Source: Octopus sinensis
Lineage: Eukaryota
Assembly (NCBI RefSeq): GCF_006345805.1
Contig: NW_021833075.1
Coordinates: 1 to 64,000 of the forward strand
DNA: 64,000 nt
Direction: 5' to 3'
Numbering within the stretch: the first letter of the stretch is position 1; every line of letters starts with the position of its first letter. A program made the translations under genes and the position numbers. The notes beneath the pieces are model-generated. The model was not told the origin of the DNA and ran no database searches. It was given only the letters and a program-made list of their open reading frames with translations. Shown in pieces: positions 13,146 through 25,558 of the stretch.

Positions 13146-13260
13146 AATAATAATAATAATAATAATATATAATAATATAATAATAATAATAATGATAATA
13201 ATAATAAATAATATAATAATATTAATAATAATAATATATAATAATAATAATAATAATAAC

Positions 13261-13330
<70 letters not shown>

Positions 13331-13341
13331 CAATAATAATA

Positions 13342-13638
13342 CATGAACATTGTTTTGTCTTGGTATAAAAGATGACCTATAGCAAATATTCTGCTCAAAA
13401 TACAGATTTGCTTGTCAGTTGTTTGACCTTAATCAGTTGAGCATGTCCCTTAGTGGCTGATGATATGTGCATCTCTGATCACGAGCAGAAGTAGTGGGGG
13501 AGCATCATAGCCATGTGTTGAGAGTGATTCTTTGGGGTTTGAATAATTCATTCCTGGAAACATGGGTGTTTCGTTCAACATCCTTAAACAACCCTTATTC
13601 AGGGACCTTTTGAGCGGGATGGGTTACTCGACCAGAAG
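13342..13638 (+). mobile_element. Partial second copy of the 556-bp TAA-flanked element
   Basis: Matches the reverse complement of ~11515-11820 (cattgttttgtcttggtataaaagatg...gagcgggatggg.tactc). Confidence 0.85.
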
Positions 13639-13774
13639 ATTTGGCTAGTGTTTGTAACAGTTTAAGTGTCCACGTAGAGGCTCCTTCATTGGCTCGTATG
13701 AATTTAGATCAATCAAGTACGAGGTTCTGACGTCGCGTGATGTAAGCGGAAGAAGAAAATGAAACCAAAACTGA

Positions 13775-13935
13775 GGCATAGCTGTGTGGTCAAGAAGCTC
13801 ACTTTACAACTGAAGTTGTTTTGAGTTCAATCTCACTGCATGACATCTTGAGCAAATGTCTTCTACTAGAGCCCTGAGTTGACCAATATTTTGTGAGTGA
13901 ATTTAATAAACGGAAACAACGAAGAAGCCCGTCTT
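13775..13935 (+). mobile_element. Degenerate 5' half of CORE SINE family B
   Basis: ggcatagctgtgtggtcaagaagc...gagttcaatctcactg...ttgagcaaatgtcttctactagagccc. Confidence 0.65.
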
Positions 13936-14205
13936 TATCTTCATGACAAAAATGATCAAGCAGATTTATGCTGTAAAGAATTTCAGTCTTGACCATCCTG
14001 TTGTCGACATATTATCTACACTTACTACAATATTTAAACCTTTTCTCTCTTCTTTTTAAGAAACCAGAATGTGATTTGAGGAAGATTCAGCTGATATTTC
14101 TCGCTTGTTGAATTACCCTGTAAAGGCGAGTCAACGAAAATGCCTTTAAGCTTGGTCTGCTAAAATAGCTGCCAAATCTCTTTCAAATCACAGTCTACTA
14201 TCTTA
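13934..14205 (+). repeat. ~270-bp direct repeat, copy 1 (copy 2 at 19155-19425)
   Basis: Near-identical sequence, including ttcagctgatatttctcgcttgttgaattaccctgtaaaggcgagtcaacgaa. Confidence 0.9.
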
Positions 14206-14269
14206 TATATACATATGAGTGTGAGTGTGCATGTATGTGTGTATGATTGTGATTGTGTGTATATGTGCA

Positions 14270-14315
<46 letters not shown>

Positions 14316-17057
14316 GTGTGTGTTTGTGTTTGTGTACTTATATGTTCGTCTCTCACCCAACATTTGACAACTATGCGACAAAATGACCCCTGATAAGTAC
14401 CTATTTGTTCGACTAAATTAGTGGTTTTCAACTAGCTTTTGTCCATTGATCCATTTGATTCTTATTTTAGTCAAGGGGCGGGACCCTCATAGTCATTCGA
14501 TGTCTAAAATTTCCTTTTATTTTTATTAGGAATTGTACAAAAAAAATGTTGAAATATTTTGTGTATTGTACAAATAACCAGCTTATTGCACATAAATTTT
14601 AACTATAAAACCTTCAATGGATCTCCAAGGGCCACATGGACTCCGGTTGAGAACTACTGAACTAAACCATCGAAGACGATGCCCCGGTACAGCCGTTGTC
14701 CAATTCCTGAAGCAAGTAAAAAAAAAAAGAATTGAAGTTTACTAAAACCTAGCGACAATCTTTAGCAACTCATAAAGTAAAGGGGAGATAATTTCATGAA
14801 ATGAAAACTTAATTAGAAACAAATTAATTTTCATGCTTAATGGAAAATCTAATATCTCTTAGCGAAATGTTACAGAATTTGATAACATCTGACCACTCAA
14901 TTTTCTAATTTGTAAACCTGTTTCGGTCTGAAGCAAACTTTTCTGTAATCCTATCCTTAAGTCGACATTTTCGCTTCAAAAAAAGAGAAGTGGCCATTAT
15001 ATGTATGTATATATACATACATATATATGCTTGTGTATATATATATACATATATATGCTTGTATATATATATATATACATATATATGCTTGTGTATATAT
15101 ATATATACATACATATATATGCTTGTGTATATATATTGTTTATATACATATATACATATATTACATATATAAATTTATGTTATGTGTGTATATATATATT
15201 TATATGTATGAGTGTGTTATGTGCGTATATATATGCATTCGCAGACACACACACACACACTCATACATACATACACACACATACATACATACACACACAC
15301 ACACACACCAAACACACACACACACTTATATACAATTGATTTCGCATCCTGTCTAGGTAGAAACGTAGTGCTTTTCTAAGAACGATTCTTTGCTGAAATT
15401 TCGCGAGTAATAAGAATGTCAAACTTTCAAGTGGATTCTAAGAGAGCAACAAACACATCGTAAGGAACACTTAACATCAGAATTAGGATAATAAAATTTC
15501 TAATTGGTGTGTTTCACTTTACGAGGAGGGATTACATATGGTGGAGATTAAATAAGCAGATGTGATAATGTAGATTTTGGTATGTGGCGTGGAAGGAGAT
15601 GGGGGCAAGTTTGGGGGTGAGATGGAATAAGGTAGTTTTTGCAATTATAGTCTTACGTAGGGTTTGGATGGGTGATGTTGATTCTAGAAATATGTTTACG
15701 CCATGTTAATGGCACCATTATCCATTTATCTATTTTTCATTAACACACGCAAAAATCTTCATGAAAATATATATATAAACATACACAACGGTGCACACGC
15801 TCCCTACACGAACATACACAAACACACAAGCCAACAAACATATGAGGGAACAGAAGCACAAACACATGAAAGCACACAGACACGCACACACAAACAAATT
15901 AAAGAAGAGCAGACACACATACATCTCGCAAAACACGAACATGCATGTAAATAGTTCGCACATGAAAACGTATATCTTCCATTTTCTATTTGCTCTCTCC
16001 CATTCTTTGTTGCTTTCACATAAGTACATAAAGACATCCCCCACACATAGGCATATACACACTTAAACGTATATTCTCGCCCTACATACTTAACATTTCT
16101 CTCTTTTAAACACTTCCTATTTTTCTTTCATATACACACATCATCTGTCTTATAGCTATTTCGTGCAACTCCTCATTCACTCTCTCTTCCCTTTTCCGTT
16201 TTCCTTCTTTCAAAATATGGTTATTGAAAATATCACTTATTCAACTCTTCGGAAATAAACATTAAGTGATAAAAAAATAAGACATGATCTGTCTAATGAT
16301 AACAACAAACAAAAAAAAAACAGCACCAACCCAATACCACCTGTAATACTGCAATATATTAATTTGTGGTTCAGATTGTTATTATAAGCACAAACCACAG
16401 ATTTTGGAGGTAGCTAATAATCAATCATATCAAGCTAATAAATGTTTTGTCGACTAAATTATAGTGATAGGCTAAATCTACATCGATGAGATTAGACCTA
16501 AAGCGTCGTAAGTATATATAAAAAGGAAGACTGTCTGTCTAATAATCTCTTATTTATTTCTTATTGCGGTTATGACTTGTTTGCACTTTTTAAATTCACC
16601 ACCATCTTCCAGTTTACAGTCTGATCAAATTAGTTTACTGTTTTCATTTGCACTAGAATTCTGTTTTGCTTGATTCTGTTCTTAGACGAAGAGGACATTT
16701 TCCCCTTTAATATTTAACTATATTAAGCTGTATTTACTTGATTACAATTTTTAGTCTTACACGCAAGCCAATGTTCTTCGTATTTTAAGTCAGTTGGTAT
16801 TTTGTTGTACTGTTCTCCATATCAGTGCAGTGTACAATCACTGGATTTCTCTAGATGATCGATACTATATATTAAGTGTGCTGAAACCTGTATGGTTCTG
16901 GATCCTACTGCTGACGAGAGTTGTTTCTACATCTGTTTGTACTTTTCTGTATGCGTTTTCAACGACATCTTACTTTTATTTATGCATATATTTCTAGCAC
17001 TCACATTCTTCTTCCCTTCCTTCATCTCCCCTTTTGTTTGTCTGTCTATCTGCTTGG

Positions 17058-17089
<32 letters not shown>

Positions 17090-17115
17090 GCATTACGAAG
17101 TACATGCAGCTCTAG

Positions 17116-17572
17116 TAATGTAAACATAACCTTTGTGTTTTGTTTATGCACCCATTTGCTGCTGGATAGCGTCTAGAGAAAGTTCTTTACACGACGCGGA
17201 GTGTTAAAGAGCACTGAATGCCCCAGACCAGGTGAGACAAATCGCCCTGAACGACCGAGAATAGTAGATATCGATATTTCTTCATTATTGTGACTAATCA
17301 ATACCATATACACAGATCGCCTCGAAACGAAGGTCTGTGACTTATACACATCTAGAGTGAAGACTATACACTGACGTGCTGTGGTGTAACACACGAAAGA
17401 AATTGTAAACTGGCGAAATATCGATATCTACCATTTTCGGTCGTTCGAGGAGAGTTGCCACGCCTGGCTTGAGATATTCGGTGAACTTTAACACTCGGTG
17501 TCGTGAAGGAAGCTTTCCCCGGATGCTATCCGGCAGCAAATGTGCATATAAACAAAAAAAAAACATACATTA
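17116..17572. mobile_element. Old MITE/fold-back element with ~160-bp imperfect terminal inverted repeats
   Basis: 17116-17280 pairs with 17415-17572 (catttgctgctggatagc versus gctatccggcagcaaatg; agtgttaaag versus ctttaacact; gtagatatcgatatttc versus gaaatatcgatatctac). Confidence 0.8.
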
Positions 17573-17586
17573 TGTATGCACGACCG

Positions 17587-17629
<43 letters not shown>

Positions 17630-18398
17630 TATATATCAGTAAAGAGATTAGAAATTTTAACTCCTTACTCATCTAAAGAGGGAACGTCTCTGAAACCTCC
17701 TTTTCTTATATTTTCAAATAACCGTTATGGTCTTTAGTTATAGATAATACCTAACCAAAGGATGTATATGAATTTCCTAGATTCTATTCTGCTATTTACT
17801 TTCTCAAGTTCTTTGTAAAACTTTTCTTTATATTTCTTGCACTGAAGAGTACAGCGATATATAATTAATTTAATTAATTTAATTCAACCATGAATTTGCA
17901 TGATTTTTATATAGCTGTACGAAACGATCGTCTGCATGAGTTACAATTCTCTTATATATTTTAACATCTTCTTTTCCCCATTTTTAACAAAATTGTTGGG
18001 TTTATGGGATTTCTTTCCATAAATTCACAACACACCATATACAAGTATTATTTTCATATTCGCAAATTTACGCCTGTAAACTACCAGCAAAATATGAAGG
18101 ATCAATATTAGAAATCTTTTTCGGAAACCTCCAAATTAAAGGACGAATCTAATTCAACCTTTTTACACATATATTATATATATTTATATATAACAGTTTA
18201 ACTGGGTGCAAAATACACCTAAGGGATATTGAATATTTAAACGGATTTGATTATTCTTGAAAAACTTCGTTTTATTAATGAAGTGGAAACAGCTGTAATT
18301 TATGAGATGTGTCATTTGTTTGTTTAAAATATTTAAATTAAATTGAATTTATAATTGTTCAATTGATTGTTTTATTTTTCCATTTCTGATATATATAT

Positions 18399-18444
<46 letters not shown>

Positions 18445-18447
<3 letters not shown>

Positions 18448-18670
18448 AATATTAGGGAATAAATCCAAATTTACAGGGAAAAAATCAGATTTAGGATTAA
18501 ATCCAATTTTATAGTAAAATATTATAAAATATTATTAGAGACAAAACCACTATTTTGCAAAACAAACAAGGAAAGACTTAATCAATACATAAAATTTTAA
18601 TAAATAGTCAAAAAAACCGCCACTACAATTGTTTCTTGTCTTGATCGACAATCTTCAGGTGGACTTCCAA
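18445..18670 (-). mobile_element. (TA)n-embedded repeat carrying a hammerhead; probable Penelope-like pseudo-LTR fragment
   Basis: Shares sequence with 6372-6477 and contains the hammerhead below. Minimal hammerheads are an established feature of PLE pLTRs. Confidence 0.6.
18620..18662 (-). ncRNA. Minimal type-I hammerhead ribozyme
   Basis: Minus strand reads CCAC-CUGAAGA-UUGUC-gaucaa-GACAA-GAAA-C-aauu-G-UA/GUGG: helix I ccac/gtgg, complete core, 5-bp helix II, palindromic helix III caattg, GUA cleavage triplet. Confidence 0.82.
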
Positions 18671-18682
18671 TAAGTCAGTTTC

Positions 18683-18724
<42 letters not shown>

Positions 18725-19154
18725 TATATATACACACATATATATATGTGTATGTGTATATGTATGTGTGTGTGTGAGGTGTTTGTACCCACAGACATAT
18801 ATCTTAACATTGTACCCATAAAAAATTGGTCATCCTCAGAGACTAAAGGCACTAGACTAAGGGTCACTTAGTGGTTGAGAACCGGACTTAGGCATTTGTG
18901 ACTGCACCTTTTTTAAATGAAATTTTGAATATTATTTTCAAGTTTAGAAGAATTCAGATTTGCACAGCAGTCCAAGAGAATATCGCACTTGAGTTTATTA
19001 AGTCAATGGTGATTATAGCAAGCTGGATTTTAATGTAAGTGTTCAGCAGATGGTAGACAAATAAAATTACTTTATAATATATAAATAATGATCATTTAAT
19101 GTATTAGTAAAAAAGAAAAACTTCTGTTACTTGTTTTTGGTGCTATTGCTTTTA

Positions 19155-19425
19155 TTTATCTCCATGGCAAAAATGGTCAAGCAGATTTATGCTGAAAAGA
19201 ATTCCAGTCTTGACCATCCTGTTGTCGATATATTATCTACACATACTACAATATTTAAACCTCCCCCCCCTCTTTTTAAGAAACCGGAATGTGATTTGAG
19301 GAAGATTCAGCTGATATTTCTCGCTTGTTGAATTACCCTGTAAAGGCGAGTCAACGAAGAAGCCTTTAAGCGTGGTCTGCTAAAATAGCTGCCAAATCTC
19401 TTTCAAATCACAGTCTACCATCTTA
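19155..19425 (+). repeat. ~270-bp direct repeat, copy 2
   Basis: Matches 13934-14205. Confidence 0.9.
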
Positions 19426-20258
19426 AAAATAAGACACATCGGTTAATATGATAGTGGGTTCTCAGCACTTAGATGAGTTGTCATGAATGGAATAACTTTG
19501 ATCTTAGATTTGTTCAGTCACAATTAACTTGGGGCTAAATAACAAGAACAATAACAAGAATCATATAAAAGCCCTCCTGCCGTCTCGTGAGGCTCCCAGT
19601 TATCCTAAGATAGAGATAACGACAGCAGTAAATCTTGATATAATCGTTGAAATTCTGTACCACGTCTTAATGGATGCCCAGATATTTTGCACGATTTACG
19701 AAACGAGAGATTTTATCAGATTTCACAAACATACCATGGTTATACAAGAAGTGTTGGAAATATTTATGAGAGAATAGTATGATTTCAGTGTTTGATTCAC
19801 CGAGATTAATGAGATATGAATCCATCAATCTTTTCATCCGACTGAGTCATTCGGATACTTTATTATCTTGCACGTCATTAAGGAAAATTCTGGAATATTA
19901 GAAAAACTCTTGTCGCCATCTTCATAACCAATGAAATGAAAGCCAAACTGAATGAAGCCATTCAGAATAATAAATAAATAAAACATATCTCAAAACGGAA
20001 GTTTGAGAAACTTGTGATGACTTGCTGTGAGCATGCATTTACAAAAATAAAATATTTCCAAGGAAAATCCACGTCATCAAAATCCCTATTGAGGATATAT
20101 GCAATAAGTTCGTTGCAATACGGTTCCATATCATTTCTGATTTATCGGCTTTATGATATGCAGGTAGGCAGTTGAACAAATGAAGGTGCTCCAAAGATTT
20201 AGTTTTCTCATTTACTCATTCATTTTTAAGATGGTTGAGTTAAATTAGAAGGAAATTT

Positions 20259-20418
20259 GGTCGGAGTGGCTGTGTGGTAAGTAGCTTGCTTACGAACCAC
20301 ATGGTTCTGGGTTCAGTCCCACTGGATGGTACCTTGGGCAAATGTCTTCTACTATAGCCTCGGGTCGACCAAAGCCTTGTGAGTGGATTTGGTAGACGGA
20401 AACTGAAAGAAGCCCGTC

Positions 20419-20464
<46 letters not shown>

Positions 20465-20700
20465 AAGTGTGTGTATATGTTTGTGCGTCTGCGTTTGTCC
20501 CCCCCAACATCGCTTGACAACCGATGCTGGTGTGTTTACGTCCCCGTAACTTAGCGGTTTGGCAAAAGAAAGCGATAGAATAAGTACGAGGCTTACAAAG
20601 AATAAGTCATGTGGTCGATTTTCTCGACTAAAGGCGGTGCTCCAGCATGGCCACAGTCAAATGACTGAAACAAATAAAAGAGAGTAAAGAGAAAAAGAGA
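20259..20700 (+). mobile_element. CORE-type SINE family B, full length
   Basis: gagtggctgtgtggtaagtagcttgc...gggttcagtccc...ccttgggcaaatgtcttctactatagcc, internal (TA)n(TG)n, and tail ctgaaacaaataaaagagagtaaagag. Confidence 0.92.
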
Positions 20701-21770
20701 GCCAATCCTAACAGATCAGGAGAACTCATAGAGACTACATCGTTAGTTTGATTTAATGGGGAAAAAACCGTAGTGACCTCAGAGATTAAAGGAATTACAT
20801 TAAGTATATCAATGATATCTAATATTTGTTATAAATTTGAGGCATACGTTTTAATACTTAGCTTGGTTATTTTATATCATATTGATGACGTCTGATAGAT
20901 AGAAACATGTTGATAGTTGTCTCCCTTCTGTAAATATTTTCTTTTTCTAATTATGTAAATTAACTGTGAAAGATTAATTTTCTTATTTCTTGAGTTTCTC
21001 ATGGGAGTCTCCAAAAATTTCCATTAGATTTTTGTCGCCTTCCAAAGAAAAGAAATTTCAATAAATTAAGATTTTCTTCGACTTAATTATCAAATTTCAT
21101 GACTTTAGTATATTTCAGTTATTTCTCTTAACTCACTTTTCTATTAATTTCTAATGTTTAAATTATTGCTATGCTTCTTTTATTGAATTAATTATCAACG
21201 CACAGATGATTAAAACTAAAATATTCACATAGCTGCATCAAAGAAACTAGTTTCATCTATGTATAATATATTTCTGCAATTAAGAAACTTAAATTTTAGG
21301 AGAGTATTTTGAGAAGTTGTTTTTACATAGCCTCTTTGTTCAAATCATACATCAGCTTTGCTAAGAGACCAAACCATTCTACTATATATATAAGAATTGG
21401 CTAGACAAAAAGATACCATAATGATAGAATTAATCAGGTTGGTAGTATTTCTGGTCAATACATTTTCTGACACAGTAGAATTAGATACTAATTCGCAACA
21501 GAGTAAGAACTGTTAATTATAAATGGGTTTTAGTAACAACGAATCTTGCTTGTACCACACTAAACTATTAACTATTGATTCCCCGATTCTAATTTTCTTC
21601 TTGAAAACTTGCAAAATAATTACAAAAACAGTGTTCTAGTTAATTTTGTGGGGCATGTCTTAAACTTAATATTATTACTTAAAACTTAAGGATGCCAGAG
21701 TTAATAATAAATATACAGATTGATGCCCTCATGTTCTGATGTCTTACTCCAATAATATTTCAATTCGTCT

Positions 21771-22175
21771 AAGGTGGCGAGCTGGCAGAAACGTTAGCAC
21801 GCCGGGCGAAATGCTTAGCAGTATTTCGTCTGCCGCTATGTTCTGAGTTCAAATTCTGCCGAGGTCGACTTTGCCTTTCTTCCTTTCGGAGTCGATAAAT
21901 TAAGTACCAGTTACGCACTGGGGTCGATATAATCGACTTAATCCGTTTGCCTGTCCTTATTTGCCTTCTCTGTGTTTAGTCCCTTGTGGGTAGTAAAGAA
22001 ATAGAAATAGGTATTTCGTCTGCCGTTACGTTCTGAGTTCAAATTCCACCGAGCTCAACTTTGCCTTTCATTCTTTCGGGGCCGATAAATTAAGTACAAG
22101 TTGCGCACTGGGGTCGATCTAATCGAATGTACCCCACCCAAAAGAATTTCGGGCCTTGTGCCTAGAGCAGAAAAG
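21771..22175 (+). mobile_element. SINE family A dimer
   Basis: Head plus two units joined by the ~70-bp linker, then tail gggccttgtgcctagagcagaaaag. Confidence 0.9.
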
Positions 22176-22854
22176 AATATTCATATTTTGCCTAGATATA
22201 CAATCCTAGATATGGCGACCAAAAAAGGGAAAAAAAAAAAGCCTTGGATGTAAAAAATTCGGAATGCTAAGTAGAAAAAAAATATTACAACATTAAAAGC
22301 TAGAACAAAGAAAGCCAAATTCTGTATTCATTTATTTTCTATAATTACGAAAATCACTTCTGATAATTTACAGTGATACACATGCGAAAACATACTTCAT
22401 TTAAGTTGATCGAGTTGGATATTTGTGCGTGCGTGAGTGTATTGTGTGAGTAAGAGAAGCAAAAGTGTCTCTTACCCACCAGTTTAAGCGCTGATATATA
22501 AAGCCACATGACTATTTGAAACTAGAAAATTCACCTTATTAATATATTTTTTATTAATTACGTTTCCAGCCTAAAGGAATCTAAATGCTTTAACCTTTTT
22601 AATAACATGAATAATTAGTTATAATTTAATTAAATAGAAAAGTCGTAACATGTATCAGAGCTGACTTAATTATGTCCAACATTCTACTTGAGTGCATACT
22701 CACACGTATGCGTGTACCAATGAATGGAATATAGGATTATAAACAAATGTTTGGTCGATTACAACTAGATAAATTAAAAGTATCAGGTGCATTGTAATCT
22801 ATAAGCAAATTGGAGTTATCCAAACACCAAGAATTCGGCGACGTAATGATAATA

Positions 22855-23073
22855 ATAAGCCTTTCTACTATAGACACAGGGCCTGAAATTTTGTGGCAGG
22901 GGACTAGTCGATTATATCTACTCCAGTGTTTCACTGTTATTTAATTTATTGACTCTGAAAGGATGAAAAGCAAAGGATGAACTTGGCGGAATTTGAACTT
23001 AGAATGTAAAGACGGGCGAAATACTGCTAAGCATTTTGCCCGGTGTGCTAACGATTCTGCCAGCTCGCCGCTT
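22855..23073 (-). mobile_element. SINE family A monomer
   Basis: Full head-core-tail on the minus strand, flanked by cgtaatgata on both sides. Confidence 0.85.
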
Positions 23074-23091
23074 TCGTAATGATAATAGTAA

Positions 23092-23860
23092 TCCTTTCTA
23101 CTATAGGCACAAAGCCTGAAATCTGTGGGGAAGGGTTAAGTCGATTACATCGACCCCAGTTCTCAATTGGTACTTAAAATTTATCGACCCCGAAAGGGTG
23201 AAAGGCATAGCCGACATCGGTGGAACTTGAACTCAGAACGTAGCAACGGGAGAAATACCTATTTCTTTACTGCCCTCAAGGGGCTACACACAGATGGGAC
23301 AAACAAGGACAGACAAACGGATTAAGTCGATTATATCGACCCCAGTGCGTAACTGGTACTTATTTAATCGACCCTGAAAGGATGAAAGGCTAAGTCGACC
23401 TCGGAGGAATCTGAACTCAGAACGTAGCGGCAGACGAAATACCTATTTCTTTACTACCCACAAGGGGCTAAACACAGAGGGGACAAACATGGACAGACAA
23501 ACGGATTAAATCGATTACATCGACCCCAGTGCGTAACTGGTACTTATTTAATCGACCCCGAAAGGATGAAAGGCAAAGTCGACCTCGGCAGAATTTGAAC
23601 TCAGAACGTAGCGACGGGAGAAATACCTATTTCTTTATTACCCACAAGGGGCTGAACATAGAGGGGACAAACATGGACAGACATAGGTATTAAGTCGATT
23701 ATATCGACCCCAGTGCTTAACTGGTACTTAATTTATCGACCCCGAAAGGATGAAAGGTAAAGTCGACCTCGGCGGAATTTGAACTCACAACGTAACGGCA
23801 GACGAAATACCGCTAAGCATTTCGCCCGACGTGCTAACGATTCTGCTAGCTCGCCGCCTT
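23092..23860 (-). mobile_element. SINE family A tetramer (period ~184 bp)
   Basis: The gaaatac junction recurs at ~23252, 23437, 23621 and 23805. One head and one tail. Confidence 0.92.
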
Positions 23861-24299
23861 CGTAATGATGATAATGATAATTACAGTAGTAGCAGTGCTA
23901 AGCAGTGAGGAGAAATAAACTAACTTTATGCTTGTTCAAATATGCTTGTGACATACTTTAACTTCTAAAGGCAACTTCGCTGTAGTTTATCGAGAACATC
24001 CTATCTGCTTAGTGTCACCTCATAGCGGACGTCTTGGCGCGTTTCTAGAGCCTAAGCCTATCTTAGTCGGATATACCGAAGAAAGATACCTCTGAGCAGA
24101 TTATAAAGCAGCAATTTTATCATAGAACAATCGATATTAGTAATTGATTGCGCCCACGGACCGACTGGTCAGTTACTAATACCTCAAGTGAGAATATTTT
24201 TCCACGGAAAACTGGAGTGAATTTATATTTAGAAGTTAAAATGTCATAAACAATTCAACTAACCTAAAGTTCGTTTATAATAACAATTGTATCAAATTT

Positions 24300-24716
24300 T
24301 GGCTTAGTTTCACTCATTTTGAGGATATAAAGCAAGTCGATTACATCGATCCCAGTACTTGATTGGTACCTTAGTTTATGGACCTCGAAAGGATGAAAAG
24401 CCAAGTTGACCTCGGCGGAATTTGAACTCAGATCGTAAACGCCCCGAAAGCATTTTTTCTGACGATCTAACGATTCTGCTAGCTCAGTAATAATAATAAT
24501 AATCCTTTTTTCTATAGGCACAAAGCATGAAATTTTGGGGAGGGGGACAGTCGTTTACATCGACGATCGTGTTTCGCTGGTACTTAATTTATCGACTCCG
24601 AAGGGACGAAAAGCAAAGTTGACCTCGACAGAATTTAAACACAGATCGTGAAGACGGGCGAAATACCGCTGAGAATTTCGTCCTACGTGCTAACGATTCT
24701 ACCGGCTCACCGCCTT
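24300..24716 (-). mobile_element. Two degenerate SINE family A monomers
   Basis: Core and head motifs at ~24300-24490 and ~24503-24716. Confidence 0.78.
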
Positions 24717-24731
24717 CTTAGTAGTAATAAT

Positions 24732-24769
<38 letters not shown>

Positions 24770-24785
24770 TAATAATAATAATAAT

Positions 24786-25000
24786 AAAAAAATATTCAGA
24801 CAAATACATAACAAAAACACCAGGACTTACAAACACATATAACATACAGAAAATTGCACTACTAGGCACTGCACACATCCTACGCAGAACACTTTCCATA
24901 CAATAACCATCAGAGCATCACAACAAATCACAGCACATACCCAAGGCACACAGAGCTGCGCTCGGTAGTGAAGTGAAAGCACGCTATAAAAATAAAACTA

Positions 25001-25003
<3 letters not shown>
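24786..25003 (+). pseudogene. Extreme 3' fragment of R4/Dong family 1
   Basis: KKYSDKYITKTPGLTNTYNIQKIALLGTAHILRRTLSIQ*, followed by the same 3' UTR ending aaaactactg. Lies between (TAA)n tracts. Confidence 0.9.
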
Positions 25004-25042
<39 letters not shown>

Positions 25043-25253
25043 CCTTTCGACTAAAAGCACAAGGCCTGGAATTTGCGGGGAGAGGACTAGTCGATAACAT
25101 CGACCCCAGTGTTTCACTGGTACTTTTTTATCGACTCCGAAAGGATAAAAGGCAAAGTCAACCTCGGTGGAATTTGAACTCAGAACGTAAAGTTAGATGA
25201 AATGCTACTAAGCATTTTTATCTAGCACGCTAACGATTCTGCCAGCTCGCCGC
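25043..25253 (-). mobile_element. SINE family A monomer
   Basis: Tail, core and head on the minus strand, directly after the (TAA)n tail of the Dong fragment. Confidence 0.82.
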
Positions 25254-25558
25254 AGAAAGGGTAATTTCATATTCCTTGAGCAAGTCTTTTTTCGAACCAT
25301 TCACACAAATAACTGTCCAGACACACTTTCTACTCTCATAGCCAGTGTTTGTTTAACTTAGTGTCAAAATAACTCAAACTTCCTTTTTCCCATCATCGTT
25401 GCAGACAAATGAAATGCGAGGGAATACATGAAATGCAGCGAAATAAAATTTTGACCGAAATAAAATTTACCACTTATCCACTCAACACAATGGAGAGACA
25501 AAACTTTTCTAATGACCCTAACGTGTCATAAAAGAATTTATAAACCCAATAAATGTTG

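Noticed and set aside
16870-16925. Permuted hammerhead around ctgacga
   Set aside because: Helix III mismatches at the core-proximal pair and helix I cannot form.
17665-17700. Hammerhead-like ctaaaga...gaaac in a TA-flanked repeat
   Set aside because: The essential G5 is absent and there is no NUH or helix I downstream.
13934-19425. LTR retrotransposon bounded by the 270-bp direct repeats
   Set aside because: No TG...CA termini, PBS, PPT, TSD or gag/pol remnants.
20872-20916. Degenerate hammerhead (ttgatga...gaaacatgtt)
   Set aside because: C3 is replaced and helix I is out of register. At best it is a dead relic and cannot be supported.
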